From assembly GCF_963676685.1 (NCBI RefSeq), contig NC_092349.1, positions 44,826,001 to 44,890,000 on the forward strand: a stretch of 64,000 bases of DNA, given 5' to 3'. Below, piece by piece: positions 1 through 13,097 of this stretch (position 1 is its first letter; every line of letters starts with the position of its first letter). A program made the position numbers and the translations under genes. Source of the DNA: Mytilus edulis. Taxonomy: Eukaryota. Under the pieces are notes generated by a model, which saw nothing but the letters and a program-made list of their open reading frames with translations, was not told the DNA's origin and ran no database searches.

Positions 1-821
1 ACAAACAGCTAAATGGAGGTTGTCATCCAAACGAACAGTCACATTGATGCTATCTTAGCTTTAAACCTACTGCCGAACTTTAGAAATTTAGGTAACCAAC
101 AAATATGATACAAAAAAAAACCCGGATAAAGCAATTCCTTGGTTAAAACTGAAGTACACGTAGCTATCAAGATCAAAAAAATAATTTACGATTTAAGTGT
201 GGACCACTTGTGTAAACCAATCTCATATGTTTGATAAATGAATACCCAAATCTCATTTTCTTCATTTATTTTAGTTTAATGTAAGTTTTGCGAAGTATCC
301 AAAGACGTTTAAGGTAGCTCGGGTGTCTTCCTCCATCTTGTATTGTAAAATAGCAGAAAACAATCGGTCGAGATCTTCAATGTTATATGCATTTCACCAA
401 AATATAGAATATCTGTTGGTTGATTAAATTTTTTCAACTTTGCCATACGAGGGGAGATAACTCAGATAGCGTAACTTTTATAATGGAATGTGTTATGAAT
501 ATTTCTATTTTGTTTTCTTACAAGAAAACGAGTCCCGTAACCATAATTTTTTTCATTTTCTGAAAGCCCATTATAAGAGCTGCTGTCTCATATTTTATCT
601 TAAAGCTCTTTGGTTTAGTTGTCTTTCTATCACAAAAAATGGTGTTTTCCATTTACACATTTTGCACAACATGTAGCTTGTATAAAAGCGCCGTGACCCA
701 TACTTTTTATAGTATATTTGAGGATCGAAGCCATGATATTAATTACATTTGGTCAAATTATAAAAAAAATCTATGGATTTTGAATAAGACCACGCCCCCC
801 CCTTTTTTTCACCTTAAGCAG

Positions 822-957
822 AAGGGACGGATCCAGCCATATTTAAAAGGGGTTCCAACCCAGGATAAAGGGGAATGTCCCCATTCACAAAGCATTGATC
901 TTTAAAAAAAAAAAAGGGGTGGTTCCGACCCCCGGGCCCCCTTTTGGATCCACCATT
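822..957. mobile_element. Degenerate CAG-type MITE, imperfect TSD AGCAG/AACAG
   Basis: GGACGGATCCAGCC...TTGGATCCACCATTA. Reverse relative of 27079-27230. Confidence 0.65.
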
Positions 958-1582
958 AAACAGATTTCATTTGGTACGTGATCAACAACCGCGGATTGAA
1001 CAGTCCAGCGTTTTCTTAATATTAAACAAACTTCATTTGAACTTTGGTGGATAGGTGTCTTATTGGCAATCATACCACACCTCCTTATTTTTATATAAGG
1101 GTTTTAAACAAACACTATAAATAAATTTTGAAGCAATATTTTTTACATTAGAAATCATTCAGCTTCGTTCACGAGGAGAAAATTTACATAATGCAGGTAA
1201 ATATACATATTTCTAATAATTTTTGTGACAATATATCGTCTCTGACTTCTTATTTTAGTATTTTTAGAATAATATTTTAATTAAAAATAAAATAAGGTGC
1301 ATCATCTCAAGATAAAATTTGCCACGTAAATGTTCAATTTCAATTTTAGCGACAAACAATTTCAAATATGGAATATTCATGAGAACTGGGTTTTTAATTA
1401 GGCATTTATAATTTTGGAAGTTTATATAAACAAAACAATTATTGAAATACCTTGAATTAAATTTAAAAAAAAATATTTTAAAGATTCTTATTTATTTAGA
1501 TTTTAAATACAAACTGGAACAAAATACTAATTTTTGTAGTATCCTTCATTTGAAAAATATCACTGCCAGATGTAAAATTTAA

Positions 1583-1966
1583 GGATGTTCGCTTCCCGTG
1601 TTTTTGACTCTTTGTCAGATATTGGAAATCCTCTAGTGTTATCAATGTGCTGCCTAGAAACATTTTGTGAGGTAACCCCTACTTTTCTTTTAATATTCTT
1701 AAAACTATTGGTTAAAAGGCTACTTTTGAAAATCTGACAAAAATCCTTGTTATTTTTTCATAGTTTTTGAAAGAAAAAAGGTGCCAATGATAAATGTAGG
1801 AAAAATCTAGAGAGAATCATTTCCCGCCAAATTTTTAATGGCTTACATCTAAAAAAAAAACCATGGACACTTGCCTTGCATTTTGTTCTTGGCTTTTTGA
1901 GTTTTGTTATTGATGTACTATAAAAAAAAATAATGTTTTTATTTTGAAACAGAGCAGCGAAAATCC
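1583..1966. mobile_element. Kolobok-like MITE (degenerate)
   Basis: GGATGTTCGCT / AGCGAAAATCC with TTAA/TTTA flanks. Confidence 0.6.
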
Positions 1967-3742
1967 TTTAAATAAAGCCAATGTTGTATAAAGTACGTAT
2001 TTCATGCAAGGTACTTACACGTGCAATCAGCAACAGAGAAAACAGCGATAGGACAAGCATTGCGTTCGTCTTTCCTGCAATACCAGTAGTAACGAAGGCT
2101 GCCACATGTTTATTTTTATAAGGGATTGAATATAATTACAATTTTATTTATTGCAATTATTTTTATTATCAATTTGCTAAAGTTACATCATAAATACAAA
2201 AAAATATCGTTTGCTACATAGACAAAAATACTTAATATGCTTTATTGCTTCAATTTTTGTATTAACTTACATAGTTGACTTTAAAATCATACATTACAGG
2301 ATAGTTTTACATAATTTGCCAGAAAAGTGGTGTTGCTATCTGTTGGAAGAGAACCACCTTTTCAGATTAGTTATTATTTCCACTAATTAACAATTTTATC
2401 TTGTTAATGAATCATGCTTATTATCAAGGACAACAAATGGAAGTGTTTAACGACCTTGACTGGCTATACAGCCCTTGCACGGTCGGTTATCAAGGACGTA
2501 TATAACTAACATCTAATATACGTCCTTGTTATTATGTAAAAAAATCGTGACAAGTATTGATGTGTTTAAAATATATATGATATAGTAGTGTTTGTTACTA
2601 TATATATATACTATATATAAAAATATTAATTTTCGCGAACCATTTAGGTCACGGAAATTCCAAAATATGGCATCAGTAAGGAGAGTTGTGCAAATAATGT
2701 GAATACACAGAACCCCCATCCAAATTATCTTTAGCTAAAAGTATTCATGATCATTTTCTATTTTATATGTACTAACAACATTCCATTTTTCTATAATTTC
2801 GATTAAAATATTCCAAAATCTGAGTTAAAAAAAGTCAAATGCCCAAAATAAACATTGTCTGATTGGTTGAAGTACTGTGGCGTCAATGATAAGCATAGCA
2901 AGCCTCGATGTAAAGCACACGCTTCACATGAATAAGGAGAGTTTTACAAATAATGTGAATACACAGATCCTCCATCCTATTTATATTTTGCTGAAAATGT
3001 TGCAATGTTCATCATTTCTGTTTTGATTCTGCTAACAACATTCCATTTTTTCTTTAATTCCGATTTATATATGTGGAACCCGCAATAAAAATAGATGGCC
3101 TCAATGATTTAAACGCAACGCAAAAAATTCCGTTGACCCTGAATTCAACGGATCGATAATAGCATCATCACCATCAACAAAATGTTTACCGTTATCTTTG
3201 TGAAATTTCAGTCATATAGTTCTTTAATTAGAGAAATTTTGGTAAGTATTACTTATTAATGTTAAGGTTCTACTGATGTGCTCCTCTAGACCTTTTTGAC
3301 GGTCCGTTTTATCCCATTTATCTCAATATTATCTCCGATGACAGTAATGTCAACCCGACCTATTCGTGTCAAAAGTGAAAATCGCATCGATTTATTGAAC
3401 TAATTTCTTCTTAAACTGTGCATGCATTATTTCTGTATTATATGATAACCGTTCAATCACATTCACGTTGAATGTTTGCATGAAAATGGTCATGTATTAG
3501 TGAATTGTAAGGGCGATGCAACTTGAGGTCAGTGCGCGATCACGTGACATTATTATTTGTAAACAAATTTAAAACATGCTCCCCGCGTAACACGTGTCTG
3601 AATTATCCTTTCAAAGTGTTATGAATCTTTCAATCACTATTTTATGAAATATTTCTAGGTTTGCATATCAGTAGTCAAAGTGAATTAAACGTAGTTCTTA
3701 GTTGTGTTTTTTTTTATATAGAATTAGAAGGTAAATCTACAT

Positions 3743-4012
3743 AAGGGGGTCTCATTGGGGGGGGGGGGGGGGGGGGGGGTGGTGTTCTGATCCCAGATCC
3801 CACTTACTGTTTTGTCAGATTCCCATATCCCGCTTACACTATATACATGAGCAATTTTCATTTTTTTGTCATTTCCGGGGTCCAGAACCCCATTTCCCGT
3901 TTTCACGACAGACCTCATTTCCCGTTTTCATGACACAATAATTTGACTTTCACGTTTCACGCTTGCGAAAAATTGTCAATATTGGTCACGCTTAGACCCA
4001 ATGAGAACCACA
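3743..4012. mobile_element. Degenerate MITE of the GAG-type architecture
   Basis: GGGGGTCTCATTGGG / CCCAATGAGAACC inverted ends with internal TTTCACG/ATCCC repeats. No clear TSD. Confidence 0.5.
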
Positions 4013-4983
4013 CACTAGTCAGTATTTAACTTCACCCAAAAAGATGACTCAACTTCCCTCTATATTTAAAACCTGCATACTAATTTAAATAGCATTTGCT
4101 CCCCTTGAACACTATTTGGCCCCTTCCGTGTCATTTCCCTTTAAATTTGCTGAAAAGTCATACTTTAAGTCCATTTACAGTAACGGCTAATATTTGATTT
4201 TACCATCTTAATTTCAATTTTCATATTGAACACATTTGACCATTCAATATGAGTTCCCATGTATTTTTGTCATATATGAAGGAGGTTTTAGGTCATGTTT
4301 TCCTAAACACCTTATTGCTATTTGTCTGTCTGGATTGTTAAAACCACAAAATCAAATATTGATGAATATGCAAGTTTTCAACAATCCCGGAACATTAACA
4401 AAGATGTGTGTGAGAGGGTGAAAATTACATTTGATGAACTAATTTCTTCTATATTAACTGTACGTGCATAAATTCTGTATTATTTGATAACCAATCACAT
4501 TCACGTTGCATGTTTGCATGATAATGGGTTCTGTATGAGTGAACTGTAGTGTATTGCAAAATTAATGCAAATTGTGACGTCAGTGCGCCTTCACGTGACA
4601 TAATTATTTGTAACCAAACCGGCTTCTCATGTAATGTAACGGTTTATTTCGTCCTCTGTGATATTTTATCCTGAGGATAATTTGTCCCGGTAATTTTTTT
4701 CCAGGCATGGTATTTCATTTCACAGGTTGATTTTTCCCAGAGGAGTGAAAATCTATCAGATTTCTGTGTTATGCGGATAGTATGTACGGGTATATATTTG
4801 CCGTATTATATTTCACAGAACCGTGTGAAAAAGAGTCCCATTAACTACTATGTAAGTTACTCTCAATCAATATATACCTGACTATAATTATAAAATGTTT
4901 ACAAAGGTAAGCAACTGTCTAGGGCCAGGTAAGGGAGGGGAAAAATTAGTATTAGTACTATTTCGCAGAACAATAAACAGATG

Positions 4984-5121
4984 CATAGACAGACCAAGGG
5001 GGTGGGGGAAATTTAGCTTATGACATATATGTAAGAAATCATTGAAGCTTGATGGGAGTGGGCAACCCTCTGGTCCATCAGAGCCCCCACACCTTTTTGA
5101 AAAGTTCTGGATCTGCCACTG
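4984..5121. mobile_element. Degenerate CAG-type MITE, imperfect TSD AGATG/AGATT
   Basis: Ends CTGGATCTGCCACTG; the left terminus is decayed. Confidence 0.55.
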
Positions 5122-6508
5122 AGATTTGCAGGTTTTCTTAGTAAAGATACCTTAAAATATCACAAACTGTGTGCTTTCCAGACCATAGTTTACATTTTTT
5201 TTTCATATTTTGCCGTGTCAAAATGACCTAAATTTAAAGGACAGTATATAGACCCAAAAATGGTATATCACATTCTACACATCAAGATTTTAGCAGGAAA
5301 GACTGCCATTGGAGTTTTTAACCATTGTAACTTTTTAATTTTATCTACTCCACTAATTAAAGTCGTTGAAGTAGAATATTTAATGTAGGTTTGTCCACAT
5401 TTTGGTATATATTAATACATGTTTAGAAATAATGTTGAGCCTGTTCCTAGATGCCTGTTATAGACTTCAATATTTATTGTTTATTGAAAATAAATGGAAT
5501 CAATTCTTTCAGAAAAGTTTAATTCTATGGAAATGTATCCCCCCTTTTATAAGTTGAAAAGGCTACATAGAGGTCAATATACAGTCTCCAACAGAAAACC
5601 AAAAAAAGGAAAAATAAAGTGAATTTTGGAGAATTATTAAAAGTACATGCATTTGAAATATTTAAGATATATTGTTTCAATTTTTTTAGTTCTAGGTTCC
5701 ACATAACTACCATTTTAGAAAACGATTTCAATGCTAAGTCTATTAGAGGGATATTTGATTTTCATTGGTTGTAAATATGGAATCTTATTCAGTGGCAAAG
5801 GAAATAGACACTGACAAGTCTTAGATAACATTTTATATAGTTTTGAATTTTTCTTCGTCAGTTGACTAAAATTAGATGGAGGTGTGTTCTAATTTCCAAC
5901 AGAGGAGCAATCAACCTATATCAATATGTGCATGAAGCAAATTGATAGTTGCTAGATACTGAAGGATTATATCCACAATAAAGGTTTAACCTGTGCATAT
6001 ATACTTAAAACAAGATAAAAAAAAAGTCATGTCTTTTTCAGGACTTCTGAATCCAATCATGTAGTATGGAATGTTATTGAGATATGGTTTGGGTGGATGG
6101 ATGGTCATGAAGGACCTGTAGTACAAAGTATATCACTGGATTTAGCTCTTTGTCTAAGTGTATTATTAAAGTACTTTGCTTTGAGCTCAGTTCATTGTTA
6201 TGCAATTCATTCTTTGTGAAATTAAGATTTGACAGACAACTCTAATGGACAAGGATTTGTCAAAGTAGTATCATCTCTATGTACAATGTAAGTATTCAGG
6301 AGATAAAAGCATTCTATTTTGATTTGAACCATACATTTTATAAAAAAAAAAGTGGGAACAAATTTACCGGACAATGCTACTCCCACTACTAGCAATATGA
6401 TGCTAGGTTGTTTTAATACATCTGTATTGCCTGCTGATGACTCGGCCCTGAGTGTAAACGGTCCTTCAATTAGGTGGGGAAAAAAATTATAAGGCCTATC
6501 CAGTCTAA

Positions 6509-6809
6509 GGGAGCTACCATTTGATTTTTATGGGGGGAGCTAGGATGAAATTTGAAAAAAAAAGGCAGGACAGGATTTTGAGTAAAAAAAAAAGGCAGGA
6601 TGAGTAACTTGGCAAAAAAAAAAAAGGCAGGATGACAATTGTTGTAAAAAAGTCAGGATAAGCTAAGAAAAAAAGAGGCAGGACCGAATAGACTGAAAAA
6701 TAAAAAGGCAGGACAGAGATTACAACTAAAAAAAAAGGCAGGACAAAATTTTTCATCCTAGCCCCCCCCCCCCCCCCCCCCCCCCCATAAAAATCAAATG
6801 GTAGCTCCC
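6509..6809. mobile_element. PIF/Harbinger-like MITE, TSD TAA
   Basis: About 30-bp TIR GGGAGCTACCATTTGATTTTTATGGGGGG, TAA on both sides, internal AAAAAGGCAGGA repeats. Confidence 0.85.
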
Positions 6810-6852
6810 TAATCGATTTCTAAAACTATACTTCATTGCACATGTTCAACAT

Positions 6853-7796
6853 TTTTATTCAACCACAAAAAATTTGGGGTCGTAAATTGGTATCCTGTCC
6901 GAAAGATGGTTTCTGGATAATAACTTTATTATAAGTCAACACAAATCAACAAAATTATAACACAACGTTTATAACCACAAAAGGAAGCTTGGGATTGATT
7001 TTGGGGGTTATGGTCCCTAAGGTTTAGGAATAAGGGGTACAAAGGTGCCCAAAACAAGCTTTAATCTAGTGTCGGTTTAAAAAGTTGTGTATAAGTATTT
7101 CAATTGTTCTGAAATTGTACCACAATGTTTAATACCATAAGTAGAAGGTTCGGATATATTGTGTGGGTTATGGGACAAACAGTCTAATAATTACGGACCA
7201 AAAACAAACATTTTTGTAAATTCAAGACCCTTAATTGGAGTTTGTCCAGAATGGTTCTTGAATTACCTAATACCAATGCTTTATGAAATCTTCTTTGAAA
7301 ATTGGAGTTATCTTTCTTTGTTCAGTCAACTTAAATCAATTATACAATATACAATGCAATATTCACTTTATTACCAACTGATAAATTAAAGCAGTCATTA
7401 ATAACCATTCAGTGATTGCAAGCACTTTCTAGGGTATGCCCTTTTACAAATGGAAAAATTATACATTTTTTTAGTTTCTGATCTCTTAACTGAAGTTTGT
7501 CTCCTCTAAATGTTTCTCATTTCAGAAATTAAAAAGAAAATTTCTTTAGATATTTTTGTTTGAAAGGATTAATATTCAGCAGCATAGTGAATTGCTCCTA
7601 ACACAAAAGCAAAACAAATATTTAAGTTCATTAGACCACATTCATTCTGTGTCAGAAACCTAAGCTGTGTCATCTATTTAATCACAATTCAAACTCAGAG
7701 CTGTTTCCAGCTTGAATGTTGTGTCAATACTAGCCCCAACTGTTCAGGCTTCGACCTCTGCAGTCGTATAAAGCTGGGCTCTGCGGAGCATCTGGT
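6853..7796 (-). mobile_element. Older, internally deleted reverse-oriented copy of the 31367 HINE-like family
   Basis: 7500-7796 is the reverse complement of 31367-31660. 6950-7200 matches the 160-bp repeat. Confidence 0.65.
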
Positions 7797-8074
7797 CCAT
7801 TCATTTGTTTATTTTTCAATTTGTGTGAATTAACATAGTTACAGTAAATGCTAATTACTGCACTTTCATACCACAACAAATATTGTATTGGTACATGTAT
7901 CACTCAAATGTGTATCCATATAACAAAAAAAATGAAAAGGAATAATTTTGCATTACCTTTTGAATACTATGACTTTTTAGATATGTAGACATATTAAGAC
8001 TCATTAGTAGATGTTGATAATATTGGCTTAAAATGCTTGAAATTCTATCAGATTACTTTTGGAGCAGTTATGAG

Positions 8075-8425
8075 TTTTGAAATTAGAAAGATCATATCAT
8101 ATGCAACAAGTGTAGTAAGTTTCAAGTTGATTGGAATTCAGCTTCATCAAAAACTACTTTGACCAAAAACTTTAACCTGAAACTCCCACTTCCATTTTCT
8201 ATGTTCAATGGACCGTGAAATTGGGGTCAAAAGTCTAATTTGGCTTTAAAATTAGAAAGATCATATCATAATGAACATGTGTACTAAGTTTCGAGTTGAT
8301 TGGACTTCAGCTTCATCAAAAACTACCTTGACCAAAAACTTTAACCTAAAGCGGGACAAACGAACGAACGGACCCACAGACCAGAAAACATAATGCCTAT
8401 CTACTATTGTAGGTGGGGGCATAAA
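8075..8425 (+). mobile_element. 3' part of the HINE-like family seen at 27730-28165
   Basis: Two core repeats, GAAC/GGAC tract, ending GGGGCATAAAAAA. Confidence 0.65.
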
Positions 8426-10949
8426 AAATTTAATAAATAACACTCATAATGCTCAGATTGGTTGTCATCGTGCAACATAGTTAATAACACCATATAGAAA
8501 AAACATAGAACTCATTTTGTCATAAGACACTGTCAAACATCCATACATACTATCCACACTCATCTGTGTCCACACTTGTTTATCATAATAAAATATTTAT
8601 GATATTCCATTTCCTTTATTTTTAATTCACAAGATACAAAAATGTGATCTGCAATAAAAGAGTATAGGTCCTTACTAAGATACCAATATGACAGTCGAAA
8701 TTTATAAGTCGAAGCCAAACTGGTAGCACCATGACAAACAATGAAAAACGACGGAGACCAAAAAGCCAACAAAACACGACAAAGAAAACCAAAGAACGAG
8801 CAATTGGAACCCCGTCAAAAAAACGGGGTGATCTCGGATGCTCCGAAAGGGTAAGCATTACAACATCATTGTCTCAAAATACTGACTTCATGCGTTTCAC
8901 TCTACTGTGTTCTCTGTCCTTTATCTATTTGGCTCTGACAACAAGGGTGTCTCAGATACACATGCAGAGAACTTGACTAGATTTTCACTTGTAAACAAAA
9001 GAAATAATGTTTTCTAAATCCCTAACATTTTCCAAAGGTACTATAGAATTGAGGTCAAGGACTTCATTTGTAATGGAAATTATTGATCATAGTATGAAAG
9101 CAATGCAAGAAACAGCTCATGACAGTAAATAATGTAAGTAATAGTTTTTCTAAAAAGCTTGCCGTGTATTTGTATTTGAGAAATCTATGAAATCTATATA
9201 TGTCATATATGCATTTCAGTAAATGCATTTATAAATAAACTCGAAAATACCCTTAATCCCTATCGTTGCCATGGTTACCAGCAGTGTAAGGGCTTTAAAC
9301 TTGCATTACTTTCATATGAGGTCAACCTGAACATGTCAGCAAAGTTTCATCAAAATCAAACAACTTTGCATGGAGCACCATCTGCATGGTTTTCTCATAG
9401 ATGTCCATTTAAAGCTTTTTATGTTATTTTGCTTTGGAGTTTAATCCATTCAAAATATTGCTAGGGGGCTTGGGGAGAAGAGGAAATGCTAATAAAGTAT
9501 TTTAAAAATTACAATTTTATGTTTGTGCGTGATGATTTCAAAACCACTTGTTTCTGCCTGTACTTATTATGGTAAACTTATATTATAGTTCCTGCTGGAA
9601 AATGTCTAGAGAGAAAATCAGTTTCAAGTCGGTTCTGAAAAGTGTAGACACATTAGCATTTTATGAAGTAAAGTAAATACATGTGCGACTCTCTGGTCGT
9701 CACTTTCTGTCTTTATATTGGTCTTCTATTTAATTGTTTTAGCTGTGTATCAATCCTTATTCTACTGATCATAATTTTTGCTGCTAGTTCTTACATAATA
9801 GAAAAGAAAGGATATGGGTTATCCATCCAGGACACAACACCAGTACATGCACAGTAAAAACAAAAAAAAGGAAAGAAACAGCGCTTTTGTTGATGTATGT
9901 TGCGCTTTAACACCACTGTCCAAGGTTAGAGGTGGGTTGTGCACCCGCAAACATGGTTAACCCCGAAAATTTCGCCGTGTGTCTGTATCAAAATCACGAG
10001 CCTGAATTTCATTAATTATTGTTTTTGCTGTGTATTATATTTGCTTTTCGTTTATAATTGTTTTGTACATAAATGATGACATACTGTTGGTTTTCATCCA
10101 TTCAAAATATTGCTCTGCAGTTTTAATTGGTTGAAAAGATGTAGTCTTAGAATAGAGCAAAGGCCGATATAGTATTGTGGTTTGATTATTTTTTTACACT
10201 TGTCATGTCGGATCCTTTTATTGCTTTCAGTGCAGTAGGAGTATTTTTCATTGTTAAATGTCGTATGGTGACGTATATATTCTAACATCTGGTAGATAGT
10301 TATCTCATAAGGTTTTGTGATGATTGCATATGTTTCAAAGTCTTTGTAAAATTATCCACAATTTCTTTTTAACTAAGAGCTTGAAATACTGTAAAAACAT
10401 TTATCAATTGCAGAAACCCGAGTTTTGGCCTTCGCGTAAATTTGGTTGCTGTCTTATGTATGATACCCTACACAAATAAATCTGGCATCGATTATTTTTT
10501 TCTACATGTATACCTGTTTTCAAAACACCTTACAGGACTAAAACAAACCAAGCCAGTGGACCTGTAGCGACGAGAATGTTTATAAAAATCCCTTCCCGAA
10601 AACGTCACATGTATTAATCGTATTAAGTCTTTTTTATTTTCCACTTTGGAAATTGACTTTAGGAGCAGACCGTTTTGTCATCAGAACTTCACTGCACCGT
10701 GATTGGCGTTGGCATAATAATTAGGAATTCGTCGCATGTTTACATCAACTTCTATACTATCCCATTCACCCGGGGAAAATGAACATTATCATTATTCGAA
10801 AACAAGTCATTTGAAGATACCTGTTTCATATTTTTATTAGACTTTGAATTATATCAGTTTATAGATAATTATCTATAATTTAAGCATACACGGTTTATAG
10901 GAACGTAACATTTGCAATGGCTCAGCACAATCAGGAAAGTGTGTTTAGA

Positions 10950-11252
10950 TCTCATAAACATGTTTAACCCCGCCGCATTTTTGCGCCTGTCTCAAATCAG
11001 GAGCCTCTGGCCTTTGTTAGTCTTGTATTATTTTTAATTTTAGTTTCTTGTGTACAATTTGGAGTTTAGTATGGCGTTCATTATCACTGAACTAGTATAT
11101 ATATATTTGTTTAGGGGCCAGCCGAAGGACGCCTCCGGGTGCGGGAATTTCTCGCTGCATTGAAGACCTGTTGGTGACCTTCTGCTGTTGTCTTCTCTAT
11201 GGTCGGGTTGTTGTCTCTTTGACACATTCCCCATTTCCATTCTCAATTTTAT
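10950..11252 (+). repeat. SINE-like interspersed repeat (family 2: same core, different tail)
   Basis: Shares the AACATGTTTAACCCCGCC..CAGGAGCC core and ends GACACATTCCCCATTTCCATTCTCAATTTTA. A longer reverse copy lies at 23847-24446. Confidence 0.7.
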
Positions 11253-11337
11253 TATTGATATAGCGTTACTTAGTTGCATCTTTTGCTGTTTCGGTTATTT
11301 GTTGTAAATAAAATGCAAGATCATTATTCTGTATAAC

Positions 11338-11483
11338 CAGTGGCGGATCCAGAACTTTTCCTAAGGGGGCCCGCTGACTGACCTAAAAGGGGGGGGGGGT
11401 TCCAGTCATGCTTCAATGATTCCCTATATAATCAACCAAATTTTTCCCACGAAGGGGGGTCCCCCCCCCTGGATCCGCCTATG
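11338..11483. mobile_element. CAG-type MITE, 5-bp TSD ATAAC
   Basis: CAGTGGCGGATCCAG...CTGGATCCGCCTATG with ATAAC on both sides. Confidence 0.85.
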
Positions 11484-12009
11484 ATAACGATACGCATGAG
11501 TGATACATTCATTAGTGGGCGCCTTGTAACTCATGAACTGATATAAAATAGACTTACAAGTTGATTATGTATTCGAAAGTTAAAATTATAATATAATTTA
11601 TATCTGATGCAAACACAATTGAATAATAAAGACAGAACAAAACTCTATTTGAATTACTTTTACGTTTGACATTGCGTCATTAAAATATCAATTCAACACA
11701 TCATTGCCAACTTGATTGAACACTTCACGGTCATTTTTTTTTACCTACTATCATTGATTTCCCAGTCTCACTCACGGATACGCTCACATACCCAAATATG
11801 ATTTTCAATCAGATGTTATGTAAGCCTTTGCTTCACACGCAATAAGGTAAATTAAATATTTACCAATGAGAATCCCTTAACAGATTTACCTCATAATGAC
11901 ACGAAGCTTCTGACTATTTAGACCAAGTCTCGTGTGATTTTTATCGTTTATTTACAACATTTTTATCGTCACAACAACAAAGCGCGACAGTAACATGGAA
12001 GCCATTACA

Positions 12010-12233
12010 GAGGGCCCTCATGGGGTTTTTGATTATGTGATTACTTGGCCGTTTTTTTAATGATTATTTGATTATTAAGCCAAATATTTCATGATTATTT
12101 GATTACCTAGGACTGTATTTTTAGTTTATGATTATTTGATTACTAAAGATAAGCAAATATTTAATGATTATGTGATTTTATTGGCAAAAAAATGGTGATT
12201 ATGTGATTACTAGGACCCCCCATGAGGGGCCTC
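12010..12233. mobile_element. GAG...CTC MITE, 6-bp TSD ATTACA, internal TGATTA array
   Basis: GAGGGCCCTCATGGGG / CCCCATGAGGGGCCTC with ATTACA on both sides. Confidence 0.8.
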
Positions 12234-12265
12234 ATTACACTAAAGATTCACAAATTATACTCTTA

Positions 12266-12480
12266 TTATTTCTCCTCTCGTTTCCTCCTTCGAACTCTGA
12301 ATTCAATAATACATAGAAATATCAAGGAAATGATGACAGTTACTCCAAGAATGTATAATTTCATTTCTTCACAGAGGTAGATGTTATATATGTACGCTAT
12401 TGCTAGTCCCATAGCTTGGAACATCAGATAATTAGAAAATGCTATTTCTGGATTCTGGTGAAATACTGAGCCTAATAATG
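12266..12480 (-). CDS. UNC93A: UNC93-like paralogue 1, exon 3 (terminal)
   Basis: tttttcag acceptor; phase-1 join gives ALLGSVFHQNPEIAFSNYLMFQAMG...RRRKREEK*. Exon lengths sum to 1371 nt. Confidence 0.9.
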
Positions 12481-12545
12481 CTGAAAAATAAACAAACAAA
12501 ATATTTAATTCAAATAAAGCAGCAATTTGTCATATTCGTCAATAG

Positions 12546-12707
12546 CAGAGGCGGATTTAGAGGGGGGCCCAGGGGGCCCGCCCCCCCCCCCTTTTTTGGA
12601 AAAAATTTGGTTGCTTATATAGGGAATCACTGAAGCGTGACTGGAGCGGGCCCCCTCTTAGGTCAGTCAGAGGGACCCCACTTATTAAATTTCTGGATCC
12701 GCCACTG
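12546..12707. mobile_element. CAG-type MITE, 5-bp TSD AATAG
   Basis: CAGAGGCGGATTTAG...CTGGATCCGCCACTG with AATAG on both sides. Reverse-oriented relative of 11338-11483. Confidence 0.85.
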
Positions 12708-13097
12708 AATAGTTTAATTTATTCTTGATTAAATTTTGAAACGTTGGGATTTTTTTTCATTAAGCTCAAAGCGCATTCGGAATGTGTAACAGGTAATTGT
12801 AAGTATAAAACAACGATAAAAGAATTCCCATAGTTACCGAAAGCTAGGATCAAAGAAATTAGGTATTAAATTATAATGGTGTTTTTACTCTAATATCGGC
12901 GGATTACCTGCATGTGAGTGTACAACAATATTCTATACAGTGCAATCTTTTAAAACCTGTTTTGCCAAAGCCTTTCACTTACACTAAGGATACATTATAT
13001 TAGAGGACAATAAGTTTATTGATGTCAGATTTTGCCTACAACGACCATTCTAAGCACTCCATACTTTATAACATGCGACTGTACTATTTATGCATGT

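Noticed and set aside
313-813. Possible TTAA-flanked Kolobok-like element
   Set aside because: Terminal match limited to GGT/ACC, too weak to delimit.
6434-6470. CTGATGA followed by a small hairpin (possible hammerhead)
   Set aside because: No GAAA box (reads GTAAA) and no convincing helix I.
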